A stretch of DNA of 64,000 nucleotides from Eledone cirrhosa (GCA_964016885.1 OZ024756.1:19220001-19284000), one strand, 5' to 3'; numbered from the stretch's first letter, positions 25,822-42,689 are shown. Notes: generated by a model not told the origin, from the letters alone. Numbers and translations are program-made.

Positions 25822-28800
25822 TATATTGGTACAATACAGACCTAGTATGGTACTATATAACTATATTGGTACAACACAGACCTAGTGTCATACTATATAA
25901 CTATATTGGTACAACACAGACCTAATGTCGTACTATATAACTATATTGGTACAACACAGACCTAATGTCGTACTATATAACTATATTGGTACAACACAGA
26001 CCTAGTGTCGTACTATATAACTATATTGGTACAACACAGACCTAATGTCGTACTATATAACTATATTGGTACAACACAGACCTAGTGTCGTACTATATAA
26101 CTATATTGGTACAACACAGACCTAGTATGGTACTATATAACTATATTGGTACAACACAGACCTAGTATGGTACTATATAACTATATTGGTACAACACAGA
26201 CCTAGTGTCGTACTATATAACTATATTGGTACGACACAGACCTAATGTCGTACTATATAACTATATTGGTACAACACAGACCTAATGTCGTACTATATAA
26301 CTATATTGGTACAACACAGACCTAGTATGGTACTATATAACTATATTGGTACAACACAGACCTAGTGTACTATATAACTATATTGGTACAACACAGACCT
26401 AGTATGGTACTATATAACTATATTGGTACAACACAGACCTAGTATGGTACTATATAACTATATTGGTACAACACAGACCTAGTATGGTACTATATAACTA
26501 TATTGGTACAAGACAGACCTAATGTCGTACTATATAACTATATTGGTACAACACAGACCTAGTGTCGTACTATATAACTATATTGGTACAACACAGACCT
26601 AGTGTCGTACTATATAACTATATTGGTACAACACAGACCTAGTGTCGTACTATATAACTATATTGGTACAACACAGACCCAGTGTCATACTATATAACTA
26701 TATTGGTACAACACAGACCTAGTATGGTACTATATAACTATATTGGTACAACACAGACCTAGTGTCGTACTATATAACTATATTGGTACAACACAGACCT
26801 AGTATGGTACTATATAACTATATTGGTACAACACAGACCTAGTGTCGTTCTATATAACTATATTGGTACAACACAGACCTAATGTCGTACTATATAACTA
26901 TATTGGTACAACACAGACCTAATGTCGTACTATATAACTATATTGGTACAACACAGACCTAGTGTACTATATAACTATATTGGTACAACACAGACCTAGT
27001 GTCGTACTATATAACTATATTGGTACAACACAGACCTAATGTCGTACTATATAACTATATTGGTACAACACAGACCTAATATCGTACTATATAACTATAT
27101 TGGTACAACACAGACCTAATGTCATACTATATAACTATATTGGTACAACACAGACCTAGTGTCATACTATATAACTATATTGGTACAACACAGACCTAGT
27201 GTCGTACTATATAACTATATTGGTACAACACAGACCTAGTGTCGTACTATATAACTATATTGGTACAACACAGACCTAATGTCGTACTATATAACTATAT
27301 TGGTACAACACAGACCTAATGTCGTACTATATAACTATATTGGTACAACACAGACCTAGTGTCATACTATATAACTATATTGGTACAACACAGACCTAGT
27401 GTCTTACTATATAACTATATTGGTACAACACAGACCTAGTATGGTACTATATAACTATATTGGTACAACACAGACCTAGTGTCGTTCTATATAACTATAT
27501 TGGTACAACACAGACCTAGTGTCATACTATATAACTATATTGGTACAACACAGACCTAGTGTCGTTCTATATAACTATATTGGTACAACACAGACCTAGT
27601 GTCGTACTATATAACTATATTGGTACAACACAGACCTAGTATGGTACTATATAACTATATTGGTACAACACAGACCTAGTGTACTATATAACTATATTGG
27701 TACAACACAGACCTAATGTCGTACTATATAACTATATTGGTACAACACAGACCTAGTGTCGTACTATATAACTATATTGGTACAACACAGACCTCGTGTC
27801 GTACTATATAACTTTATTGGTACAACACAGACCTAGTGTCATACTATATAACTATATTGGTACAACACAGACCTAGTATGGTACTATATAACTATATTGG
27901 TACAACACAGACCTAGTGTCGTACTATATAACTATATTGGTACAACACAGACCTAGTATGGTACTATATAACTATATTGGTACAACACAGACCTAGTGTC
28001 GTACTATATAACTATATTGGTACAACACAGACCTAATGTCGTACTATATAACTATATTGGTACAACACAGACCTAATGTCGTACTATATAACTATATTGG
28101 TACAACACAGACCTAGTGTACTATATAACTATATTGGTACAACACAGACCTAATGTCGTACTATATAACTATATTGGTACAACACAGACCTAATGTCATA
28201 CTATATAACTATATTGGTACAACACAGACCTAGTGTACTATATAACTATATTGGTACAACACAGACCTAGTGTCATACTATATAACTATATTGGTACAAC
28301 ACAGACCTAGTGTCGTACTATATAACTATATTGGTACAACACAGACCTAGTGTCGTACTATATAACTATATTGGTACAACACAGACCTAATGTCGTACTA
28401 TATAACTATATTGGTACAACACAGTCCTAGTGTCGTACTATATAACTATATTGGTACAACACAGACCTAATGTCGTACTATATAACTATATTGGTACAAC
28501 ACAGACCTAGTGTCGTACTATATAACTATATTGGTACAACACAGACCTAATGTCGTACTATATAACTATATTGGTACAACACAGACCTAGTGTCGTACTA
28601 TATAACTATATTGGTGCAACACAGACCTAGTGTCGTACTATATAACTATATTGGTACAACACAGACCTAGTGTCATACTATATAACTATATTGGTACAAC
28701 ACAGACCTAGTGTCGTACTATATAACTATATTGGTACAACACAGACCTAATGTCGTACTATATAACTATATTGGTACAACACAGACCTAATATCGTACTA

Positions 28801-31800
28801 TATAACTATATTGGTACAACACAGACCTAATGTCGTACTATATAACTATATTGGTACAACACAGACCTAGTGTCATACTATATAACTATATTGGTACAAC
28901 ATAGACCTAATGTCGTACTATATAACTATATTGGTACAACACAGACCTAGTGTCATACTATATAACTATATTGGTACAACACAGACCTAGTGTCGTTCTA
29001 TATAACTATATTGGTACAACACAGACCTAATGTCGTACTATATAACTATATTGGTACAAAACAGACCTAATGTCGTACTATATAACTATATTGGTACAAC
29101 ACAGACCTAGTGTCGTTCTATATAACTATATTGGTACAACATAGACCTAATGTCGTACTATATAACTATATTGGTACAACACAGACCTAGTGTCGTACTA
29201 TATAACTATATTGGTACAACACAGACCTAGTGTCTTACTATATAACTATATTGGTACAACACAGACCTAGTATGGTACTATATAACTATATTGGTACAAC
29301 ACAGACCTAGTGTCGTTCTATATAACTATATTGGTACAACACAGACCTAATGTCGTACTATATAACTATATTGGTACAACACAGACCTAATGTCGTACTA
29401 TATAACTATATTGGTACAACACAGACCTAGTGTCGTTCTATATAACTATATTGGTACAACACAGACCTAGTGTACTATATAACTATATTGGTACAACACA
29501 GACCTAATGTCGTACTATATAACTATATTGGTACAACACAGACCTAGTGTCGTTCTATATAACTATATTGGTACAACACAGACCTAATGTCGTACTATAT
29601 AACTATATTGGTACAACACAGACCTAGTGTCGTACTATATAACTATATTGGTACAACACAGATCTAATGTCGTACTATATAACTATATTGGTACAACACA
29701 GACCTAATGTCGTACTATATAACTATATTGGTACAACACAGACCTAGTGTCATACTATATAACTATATTGGTACAACACAGACCTAGTGTCGTACTATAT
29801 AACTATATTGGTACAACACAGACCTAGTGTCATACTATATAACTATATTGGTACAACACAGACCTAGTATGGTACTATATAACTATATTGGTACAACACA
29901 GACCTAGTGTCGTACTATATAACTATATTGGTACAACACAGACCTAGTATGGTACTATATAACTATATTGGTACAACACAGACCTAGTGTCGTACTATAT
30001 AACTATATTGGTACAACACAGACCTAATGTCGTACTATATAACTATATTGGTACAACACAGACCTAATGTCGTACTATATAACTATATTGGTACAACACA
30101 GACCTAGTGTACTATATAACTATATTGGTACAACACAGACCTAATGTCGTACTATATAACTATATTGGTACAACACAGACCTAATGTCATACTATATAAC
30201 TATATTGGTACAACACAGACCTAGTGTACTATATAACTATATTGGTACAACACAGACCTAGTGTCATACTATATAACTATATTGGTACAACACAGACCTA
30301 GTGTCGTACTATATAACTATATTGGTACAACACAGACCTAGTGTCGTACTATATAACTATATTGGTACAACACAGACCTAATGTCGTACTATATAACTAT
30401 ATTGGTACAACACAGACCTAGTGTCGTACTATATAACTATATTGGTACAACACAGACCTAATGTCGTACTATATAACTATATTGGTACAACACAGACCTA
30501 GTGTCGTACTATATAACTATATTGGTACAACACAGACCTAATGTCGTACTATATAACTATATTGGTACAACACAGACCTAATGTCGTACTATATAACTAT
30601 ATTGGTAGAACACAGACCTAGTGTCGTACTATATAACTATATTGGTAGAACACAGACCTAGTGTCGTACTATATAACTATATTGGTACAACACAGACCTA
30701 GTGTCATACTATATAACTATATTGGTACAACACAGACCTAGTGTCGTACTATATAACTATATTGGTACAACACAGACCTAGTGTCGTACTATATAACTAT
30801 ATTGGTACAAGACAGACCTAGTGTCATACTATATAACTATATTGGTACAACACAGACCTAGTGTCGTACTATATAACTATATTGGTACAACACAGACCTA
30901 ATGTCGTACTATATAACTATATTGGTACAACACAGACCTAATGTCGTACTATATAACTATATTGGTACAACACAGACCTAATGTCGTACTATATAACTAT
31001 ATTGGTACAACACAGACCTAATGTCGTACTATATAACTATATTGGTACAAGACAGACCTAGTGTCATACTATATAACTATATTGGTACAACACAGACCTA
31101 GTGTCGTACTATATAACTATATTGGTACAACACAGACCTAGTGTCATACTATATAACTATATTGGTACAACACAGAACAAGTGTCGTTCTATATAACTAT
31201 ATTGGTACAACACAGACCTAATGTCGTACTATATAACTATATTGGTACAAAACAGACCTAATGTCGTACTATATAACTATATTGGTACAACACAGACCTA
31301 GTGTCGTTCTATATAACTATATTGGTACAACACAGACCTAGTGTACTATATAACTATATTGGTACAACACAGACCTAATGTCGTACTATATAACTATATT
31401 GGTACAACACAGACCTAGTGTCGTTCTATATAACTATATTGGTACAACACAGACCTAATGTCGTACTATATAACTATATTGGTACAACACAGACCTAGTG
31501 TCGTTCTATATAACTATATTGGTACAACACAGACCTAATGTCGTACTATATAACTATATTGGTACAACACAGACCTAGTGTCGTACGATATAACTATATT
31601 GGTACAACACAGACCTAATGTCGTACTATATAACTATATTGGTACAACACAGACCTAATGTCGTACTATATAACTATATTGGTACAACACAGACCTAATG
31701 TCGTACTATATAACTATATTGGTACAACACAGACCTAATCTCGTACTATATAACTATATTGGTACAACACAGACCTAATGTCGTACTATATAACTATATT

Positions 31801-34640
31801 GGTACAACACAGACCTAGTGTCGTACTATATAACTATATTGGTACAACACAGACCTAATGTCGTACTATATAACTATATTGGTACAACACAGACCTAGTG
31901 TCGTACTATATAACTATATTGGTACAACACAGACCTAGTATGGTAATATATAACTATATTGGTACAACACAGACCTAGTGTACTATATAACTATATTGGT
32001 ACAACACAGACCTAATGTCGTACTATATAACTATATTGGTACAACACAGACCTAATGTCGTACTATATAACTATATTGGTACAACACAGACCTAGTGTCG
32101 TACTATATAACTATATTGGTACAACACAGACCTAGTGTCGTACTATATAACTATATTGGTACAACACAGACCTAGTGTCGTACTATATAACTATATTGGT
32201 ACAACACAGACCTAATCTTCTATATAACTATATTGGTACAACACAGACCTAGTGTCATACTATATAACTATATTGGTACAACACAGACCTAGTGTCGTAC
32301 TATATAACTATATTGGTACAACACAGACCTAATGTCGTACTATATAACTATATTGGTACAACAGAGACCTAATGTCGTACTATATAACTATATTGGTACA
32401 ACAAAGACCTAGTGTCGTACTATATAACTATATTGGTACAACACAGACCTAGTGTCGTACTATATAACTATATTGGTAGAACACAGACCTAGTGTCATAC
32501 TATATAACGATATCGGTAGAAAACATCAAACCTACTAGTGTAATATATAACTATATTGGTACAACACAGACCTAATGTCGTACTATATAACTATATTGGT
32601 ACAACACAGACCTAGTGTCGTACTATATAACTATATTGGTACAACACAGACCTAGTGTCATACTATATAACTATATTGGTAGAACACAGACCTAGTGTCA
32701 TACTATATAACGATATCGGTAGAAAACATCAAACCTACTAGTGTAATATATAACTATATTGGTACAACAAAGACCTAGTGTCGTACTATATAACTATATT
32801 GGTACAACACAGACCTAGTGTCGTACTATATAACTATATTGGTAGAACACAGACCTAGTGTCATACTATATAACGATATCGGTAGAAAACATCAAACCTA
32901 CTAGTGTAATATATAACTATATTGGTACAACACAGACCTAATGTCGTACTATATAACTATATTGGTACAACACAGACCTAGTGTCGTACTATATAACTAT
33001 ATTGGTACAACACAGACCTAGTGTCATACTATATAACTATATTGGTAGAACACAGACCTAGTGTCATACTATATAACGATATCGGTAGAAAACATCAAAC
33101 CTACTAGTGTAATATATAACTATATTGGTACAACACAGACCTAGTGTCATACTATATAACTATATTGGTAGAACACAGACCTAGTGTCATACTATATAAC
33201 GATATCGGTAGAAAACATCAAACCTACTAGTGTACTATATAACTATATTGGTACAAGACAGACCTAGTGTCGTACTATATAACTATATTGGTACAACACA
33301 GACCTAATGTCGTACTATATAACTATATTGGTACAACACAGACCTAGTGTCATACTATATAACTATATTGGTACAACACAGACCTAGTGTCTTACTATAT
33401 AACTATATTGGTACAACACAGACCTAGTGTCATACTATATAACTATATCGGTAGAAAACATCAAACCTACTAGTGTACTATATAACTATATTGGTACAAG
33501 ACAGACCTAGTGTCGTACTATATAACTATATTGGTACAACACAGACCTAGTGTACTATATAACTATATTGGTACAACACAGACCTAGTGTCGTACTATAT
33601 AACTATATTGGTACAACACAGACCTAGTATGGTACTATATAACTATATTGGTACAACACAGACCTAGTGTACTATATAACTATATTGGTACAACACAGAC
33701 CTAGTATGGTACTATATAACTATATTGGTACAACACAGACCTAGTGTCTTACTATATAACTATATTGGTACAACACAGACCTAGTGTCATACTATATAAC
33801 TATATCGGTAGAAAACATCAAACCTACTAGTGTACTATATAACTATATTGGTACAAGACAGACCTAGTGTCGTACTATATAACTATATTGGTACAACACA
33901 GACCTAGTGTACTATATAACTATATTGGTACAACACAGACCTAGTGTCGTACTATATAACTATATTGGTACAACACAGACGAGGTTAACTTTGCCTTTCA
34001 TCCTTACGAGGTCGATAAAATAAAGTACCAGTAATGCTCTGGGTAATTGCTGGCCTTGTGCCAAACGTAGAAACAATATAACTATATTGGTACAACACAG
34101 ACCTAGTGTACTATATAACTATATTGGTACAACACAGACCTAGTATGGTACTATATAACTATATTGGTACAACACAGACCTAGTGTACTATATAACTATA
34201 TTGGTACAACACAGACCTAGTATGGTACTATATAACTATATTGGTACAACACATCAAACCTAGTATGGTACTATATAACTATATTGGTACAACACAGCCC
34301 TAATGTTCTATATAACTATATTGGTACAACACAGACCTAGTATGGTACTATATAACTATATTGGTACAACACATCAAACCTAGTATGGTACTATATAACT
34401 ATATTAGTACAACACATCAAACCTAGTATGGTACTATATAACTATATTGGTACAATACATCAAACCTAGTATGGTACTATATAACTATATTGGTACATCA
34501 CATCAAACCTAGTGAGGTACTATATAACTATATTGGTACAATACATCAAACCTAGTATGGTACTATATAACAAAATTGGTACAACACATCAAACCTAGTG
34601 AGGTACTATATAACTATATTGGTACATCACATCTAACCTA
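25822..34640. repeat. 40-bp satellite, ~8.8 kb, about 220 copies
   Basis: Unit ctatattggtacaacacagacctagtgtcgtactatataa with recurrent variants; SINE fragment inserted at ~33979-34077. Confidence 0.98.
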
Positions 34641-34789
34641 GTATGGTATAAATACATCTAACCTAGTATGGTATAAATACATCTAACCTAATGTGGGACA
34701 ATGGCATGGTTATAAAACTATATTAGTACAACACAAGTCTTACCTAGTGTGTAGTTCTAGAAAACTGTATTGGTACACAGACACACACA

Positions 34790-35010
34790 TCAAACCTAGT
34801 ATGGTATAAGTACACCAAACCTAGTATGGTATAAGTACACCAAACCTAGTATGGTATAAGTACACCAAACCTAGTATGGTATAAGTACACCAAACCTAGT
34901 ATGGTATAAGTACATCAAACCTAGTATGGTATAAGTACACCAAACCCAGTATGCTATAAGTACATCTAACCCAGTATGGTATAAGTACATCTAACCTAAT
35001 ATGGTATAAG
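34790..35010. repeat. 25-bp minisatellite related to the 40-bp unit
   Basis: Unit aaacctagtatggtataagtacacc. Confidence 0.9.
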
Positions 35011-35011
35011 T

Positions 35012-35520
35012 ACACAAAGCCCCTTGATAACCCACATATCATAACTAGAGACAAAAGGGGAACACAAAGCCCCTTGATGACCCACATATCATAACTAGAG
35101 ACAAAAGGGGAACACAAAACCCCTTGATAACCCACATATAACTAGAGACAAAAGGGGGACACAAAGCCCCTTGATAACCCACATATAACTAGAGACAAAA
35201 GGGGAACACAAAGCCCCTTGATAGACCACATATAACTAGAGACAAAAGGGGGACACAAAGCCCCTTGATAGACCATATATCATAACTAGAGACAAAAGGG
35301 GGACACAAAGCCCCTTGATAACCCACATATAACTAGAGACAAAAGGGGGACACAAAGCCCCTTGATAACCCACATATAACTAGAGACAAAAGGGGGACAC
35401 AAAGCCCCTTGATAACCCACATATCATAACTAGAGACAAAAGGGAGACACAAAGCCCCTTGATAACCCACATATCATAACTAGAGACAAAACGGGGACAC
35501 AAAGCCCCTTGATAGACCAC
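35012..35520. repeat. 47-50-bp minisatellite, ~10 copies
   Basis: Unit acacaaagccccttgataacccacatat(cat)aactagagacaaaaggggg. Confidence 0.92.
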
Positions 35521-36777
35521 ACGAAAGATCAATAGAGCAGTGAAAAACCTCACAGGAATCTATTGCAAATACATACTAATCTATAACATAGTAAGAGCGT
35601 TGTCTCTCTGTCCGTCCATCCGTCTGTCTGTCTGTCCATCTGTCCGTCCGTCTGTCCGTGTTCACTTTATAGAAAGGGGGAGCGCCAAGCGCGAGATCTG
35701 AACATAGAGAGAAAAGGCAATGCCGTGTGTTTTCGAAGCAACAGAAAGAGGTAGATAGGACAGAAAGTTATGACGCTGCCCTCATCTCTATAGAGGGGAG
35801 CACCAAGTGAGAGATATGTAGTATATAGACTGGGAGAGAAAAAGGAGGAGTATAAATAGTATTTATAGTTTATAGCTGATGTCTCCTCTCTCAGGTAACT
35901 TAGTGTATAGTGATTAGATGTGACATTATTGTGTGACAGCAAATGGTAAGGTATTATATAGGTGGTTATCAGAGACACTAGAAGAGAGGGAGAAGTAGAG
36001 GGGAAGATGGGAAGTGGAGAGTGAGAGAGAGAGATGGAGAGTAGAGCAGAGACTGAGAGACGGGAGGGGGTGGAAAGAGAGAGAGGCAGGAGTGGAATAG
36101 AGACAGAGACGGGTGGAAAGAGAAAGAAACAGGAGTGGAATAGAGACAGAGAGGGGGGTGGAAAGAGGAAGGGAGAGAGAGAAAGAGGGGAGACAAAGAG
36201 ATGGAGAGGGAAGGGAGACAAAGAGATGGAGAGGGAGGGAGATGGAGAGGGAGGGAGACAGAGATGAAGAGTGGGCGAGATCGAGACAAAGAGATGGAGA
36301 GGAAGAGATAGGGAGGAAGGAAGAAAAGGAGTGAGAGAGAGAAAGAGAGAGGGAAAAAGGGAAAAAGAGAGGGGAAAAAGAGAAAGTGATAGGAGAAAAG
36401 GGTATAAAACTAACAGAAAAACAACAACAGCACCAAAAACCTATAAAACCCCATATATTAACACCAACAGTAAGTAGTATTAATGAAAATTAACTATTTG
36501 TTCAATTTCTACAATTGTAGTTATGGCTACTGTAACAATTGATATAATAAATATTGGTAGCTATGTTTTTACTTGCATTGTGGCTACAATTCCACATGTT
36601 GTTGTTGTTGTTGTGGTGGTGGTGGTGGTGGTGGTGGTAGTAGCTGCTGATGACATTTCAACAGTTAATCTTAATGTTGTTGTTGTGGAGACATTTTGCT
36701 TGAGTGAGAGATAACCTTTGTCTTGGTACTTGTGATTCTGATGGAAAGAGTTTCTGTTTTAGATCCCTTTAAGCATA

Positions 36778-38036
<1,259 letters not shown>

Positions 38037-38189
38037 TCATCATCATCATCATCATCATTTAACGTCCATCTTCCATGCTAGCATGGGTTAGATGTATATA
38101 CATACATGTATTTATACATGCATACATACATACATACATACATACATACATACATACGCACATACATGTATTTATACATGCATACATAC

Positions 38190-38800
38190 ATGGTAGCTGC
38201 CAACTCGTTTTCGAGTACGGCCACTACTTTATATCCATGTAGGAGAACCCCTACCAATGCGCTGAACGAGTGTGACTTTTTAGTCCAGCCAGCGACTTGA
38301 AAACTCTGGTACAAACACTACACTTGTGACAATTATTGACACAGTGCTGGGCCCATGGTACCATGTGACGACAAGTGCAGAGAGATCTCCAGATATAAAG
38401 CAATGCCTGTGCTGGAAGCTTTTATAGTGAGCAAAGGCACTGCACAAAGCCAGTCCCACTCTCTTAACCAAGATGATATTTACCAAAAAGAAGAACAATT
38501 CAACATCATTGGATACCATCAGGGTTGCAGGTGTTATATCAGAGTTTTCCTTCTCCTAGAATTCTGCCTTGACAAAGGCTAAGGGGTCATCTCTCCCGGT
38601 GATTTTGGATGGCTATTGACTCTTAAGAGCCCCTTTGCCCTTTGACAGGTTTTGTTTTTAGTCCTGCAGGATGTCCAAAGCCACCCCCCTCACCAAGAAA
38701 CCTTGGTGGGGTTGCCAGTTTAGTCGCCAACGACCCGACCATGAGACAGGTTGTACTGGGATACATGTTACCAATAGCACCAACTGGTGACCTGACACAA
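38190..38800 (-). mobile_element. Internally deleted (bipartite) RTE-type element, copy 1
   Basis: Minus strand: 5'UTR-like part, then C-terminal C2H2 finger CSVCTRVFKSLAGLKSHTRSAH followed by a stop, and an (ATGT)n tail. Confidence 0.7.
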
Positions 38801-38889
38801 ACATACATACATACATACATACATACATACATACATACACACATACATGGTGGCTGCCAACATACATACATACATACATACATACATAC

Positions 38890-39460
38890 ATGGTGGCTGC
38901 CAACTCGTTTTCGAGTACGGCCACTACTTTATATCCATTTAGGAGAACCCCTACCGATGCGCTGAACAAGTGTGACTTTTTAGTCCAGCCAGCGACTTGA
39001 AAACTCTGGTACAAACACTACACTTGTGAAAATTATTGACACATAGTGCTGGGCCCATGGTACCATGTGACGACAAGTGCAGAGAGATCTCCAGATATAA
39101 AGCAATGCCTGTGCCGTGAAGCTTTTATAGTGAGCAAAGGCACTGCACAAAGCCAGTCCCACTCTCTTAACCAAGATGATATTTACCAAAAAGAAGAACA
39201 AGTCAACATCATTGGATACCATCAGGGTTGCAGGTGTTATATCAGAGTTTATCTTCTCCTAGAATTCTGCCTTGACAAAGGCTAAGGGGTCATCTCTCCC
39301 AGTGATTTTGGATGGCCATTGACTCTTAAGAGCTCCTTTGCCAGGTTTTGTTTTTAGTCCTGCAGGATGTCCAAAGTCACCCTCCTCACCAAGAAACCTT
39401 GGTGGGGTTGCCAGTTTAGTCGCCAACAACCCGACCATGAGACAGGTTGTACTGGGACAC
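38890..39460 (-). mobile_element. Internally deleted RTE-type element, copy 2
   Basis: Close direct repeat of 38190-38760, separated by (TACA)n. Confidence 0.75.
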
Positions 39461-39636
39461 ACATCACACACACACACACACACACACAATAGTTAGTGGA
39501 CAGAAGATATGCTATAGCAGTAGTTGAGATAGTTAATCTAAGGTTAAATCTTCATGTTAAACAACAAGACAAATGGGACAGCTGATTTACATGAAACCGT
39601 GTGGACAAGGAAGATGTGAATAGTAGTCATGTTTTA

Positions 39637-39843
39637 CCCTTTACCATTTAAACCAGCCATATCTAGCCAGAATTCTCTCACTCTTTCTGTTCACACCGGC
39701 TGTAACCAGCCACTTATACCGACGTTGGGGTAGTGTTCTCAAAATAAATAATAACAAAATCTCATAGATTCAATATTATGTGAGCTGAAGACTTTACCAC
39801 AAAAATACAATAGTATATAGAGAGTAATGTAAATGGTAAAGGG
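39637..39843 (+). mobile_element. piggyBac-type MITE
   Basis: TTTA|ccctttaccattta...taaatggtaaaggg|TTAA, perfect 14-bp TIRs. Confidence 0.85.
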
Positions 39844-40110
39844 TTAAGCTGTTGCCGTTTAGAGCCAAGCAGAAGAGTAACTAGGGCATGGCACCCATGG
39901 CATGTGGCATGGGCACCACCTGAAGGGAGCACAACTAGGAGCACGTTCTATTAAAGTCAAATAAGCCTCTCCTTCAGATGTATGATCGGTCTCTGATCAT
40001 CATGGGTGAGAACACTATGGTGGCTGGATCATTAAACCATTTATATAAATTATTAGACCCACAGTGCTGGGGCAGGTGTTGTGAAGTGGGAGCTGTTGCT
40101 TTGTCATACC

Positions 40111-40418
40111 AGCAGGGTTGGAATTAGATACTAGGGGACCCAGGGCACTTCAAGCTTGGAGGGAGCCCCTTCATACACAAAAAATTAGAATACACAGCAA
40201 GCCTCCTCCACCCACCCAAACTTAGCTTGGCGCAAGTAATTGGAACTGAAAAGTTATAAATAGAGGGATTAAATTCAAATATTCTAACCATCTTAAAACT
40301 AAAAAGCCCAGCTGAGGGCACAAATAAATTGCTATGGCCGTTGCTGGTAGGGCTGCACCACAGCAGGGGGCCCCACATAGCAATTGCCCCTTTTCCCCAC
40401 TATTAAATCCGGCCCTGC
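40111..40418. mobile_element. Possible non-autonomous DNA transposon
   Basis: Imperfect TIRs gcagggttggaatta / taaatccggccctgc. Confidence 0.45.
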
Positions 40419-40429
40419 ATACCAGTGTG

Positions 40430-41105
40430 CTTTTTGTCATGTTACCAACATGACCACTTTACGAGGTGGACTGGGCAATTTTGATCATGTTACCATCACC
40501 ACTTTACAGGGTGGACTGAGCAATTTTTGTCATATTACCATCACAACCACTTTACAGGGTGGACTGGGCAATTTTTGTCATGTTACTATCACAACCACTT
40601 TACAGGGCGGACTGAGCAATTTTTGTCATGTTACCAACATGACCACTTTACAGGGTGGACTGGGCAATTTTTATCATGTTACCATCACAACCACTTTACA
40701 GGGTGGACTGAGCAATTTTTGTCATGTTACCATCACAACCACTTTACAGGGTGGACTGGGCAATTTTGATCATGTTACCATCACAACCACTTTACAGGGT
40801 GGACTGGGCAATTTTGATCATGTTACCATCACAACCACTTTACAGGGTCGACTGAGCAATTTTTGTCATGTTACTATCACAACCACTTTACAGGGTGGAC
40901 TGAGCAATTTTTGTCATGTTACCATCACAACCACTTTACAGGGCGGACTGAGCAATTTTTGTCATGTTACCAACATGACCACTTTACAGGGTGGACTGGG
41001 CAATTTTTATCATGTTACCATCACAACCACTTTACAGGGTGGACTGGACAATTTTTGTCATGTTACCATCACAACCACTTTACAGGGTGGACTGGGTGCT
41101 TTTTG
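40430..41105 (-). repeat. 48-bp SINE-derived minisatellite, ~14 copies, reverse orientation
   Basis: Unit accactttacagggtggactgggcaatttttgtcatgttaccatcaca is a reverse-complement relative of the 8155 and 14560 units. Confidence 0.9.
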
Positions 41106-41379
41106 CTTTTAATTGTGTCAATAAAATACAAGTGTATGTATATATATATAAATATATATATAATGTGTATGCGTATGTATGTCTATATAAACATAATATA
41201 TATGTGTGTATGATATACATATAAACGTGTGTGTGTGTATATATATTCATACAGACAATATATATGTGTATGTACATACAGGCATATAATATATGTGTGT
41301 ATGCATATGGACATATATATGTGTGTATGCATACAGACATATATATGTGTGTATGCATACAGACATATATATGTGTACG

Positions 41380-41418
<39 letters not shown>

Positions 41419-41546
41419 ATGTATGTATATACTTATAAACATAGTATATATATATATATATATATGTGTGTGTATCTGTATACTTATAACCATATAATAT
41501 ATATATACATGTGTCTATATTCATACAGACATAAAATATATGCGCA

Positions 41547-41878
41547 TCATCATCATTTTACATCCGCTTTTCCCTGCTTGCAAGGGTGGGACGGGAACTG
41601 ATTCTGGCTTGATTTCTACAGCTGGATGCCCTTCCTAACACCAACCTCATTTACAGTGAGTGCTGGGTGCTTTTTTGCCGTGGCACCCCACGACCACTTT
41701 GCAGTGGAATGATAGGGACCCCAGTCCATATCATCTCATTTCTACAGCTGAGTAAACTGGAGCAATGTGAAATAAAGTGTCTTGCTCAAGGAAACAACAC
41801 ATCACCCGGTCTGAGAATTGAACTCACAACCTTTCGATTGCAAGGCCAATGCTCTAACCACTAAACCATGTGCCTACA
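41547..41878 (-). mobile_element. Full-length tRNA-CORE-like SINE with RTE-derived tail
   Basis: tRNA-like head (gagttcaattctc on minus), cttgagcaagacactttatttcac core, one 48-bp-unit homologue, and a tail nearly identical to the RTE end at 12655-12707. Confidence 0.85.
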
Positions 41879-42128
41879 CACACACACACACAAATAAATA
41901 AATATTCAGCGAGAATCGCATTTCGGCGGGGAGGAAAAGCGAAGCGAAACGCAAAAATCAGAAATGATGCTGACAAAGTGCTCAATAGTTAAAAACCAGA
42001 GCTAAACAATGTGTTAAGAAGCCATACAAAACTGAAAAGGTGGTCAAGAAGGCATTAACCACCCAAGCCAAAAACCAAATCAAGCTAAACAGGTCAAAAC
42101 AAAATAAATGATAAAAAATAAATGATAA

Positions 42129-42168
<40 letters not shown>

Positions 42169-42689
42169 TATGTGATTCAGTGAATATCTGGTGGTGGTAC
42201 CAATATGAGCACTTGATGCACAACTAGAGTGCATCATCATCATCATCATCATCGTTTAACGTCCATGTTCCACGCTTGCATGGGTTTGGACGGGAGTTTT
42301 CCCACTTGAGGCAAGAGTGGTTGTCATTGCTCGCATAGGACTGTCTGGCGGGTTTTCTACAGCTGGACGCCCTTCCTAACACCAACCACATTTACAGTGT
42401 GGGGCTGGGAGGTTTTTACCGTGTTGCCTACACAGCCACATTACAGCGTGGACTGTGTGTTTTTTTGTCGTGACACCTACACGATCTCATCTGTTTCGGC
42501 CTGGATGTTGTGGCACCAACTAAGAAAAACAATGAAGTTTCATTGACATGTATTTAGGTTTTTATTCTGTACCAACCTGTTACATGTGTTTTACAGAGGA
42601 TTGGTTGAGGGTCACCTATAAAAGTTATGGACCCAACTCTAGTATTGATCTGCTCCACAGACGGGTAATTCAACAAAAGATATATATAT

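Noticed and set aside
25822-34640. CRISPR-like look (constant ~32 nt plus variable ~8 nt)
   Set aside because: The variable part is short and drawn from a handful of related variants rather than unique spacers; there are no cas genes and the context is eukaryotic.
41895-41950. gccgaaat(g/a)cgattctcgct motif shared in inverted form with 45487-45510
   Set aside because: Resembles an HHR 3' half, but no CTGANGA or stem I partner was found; too short to call.
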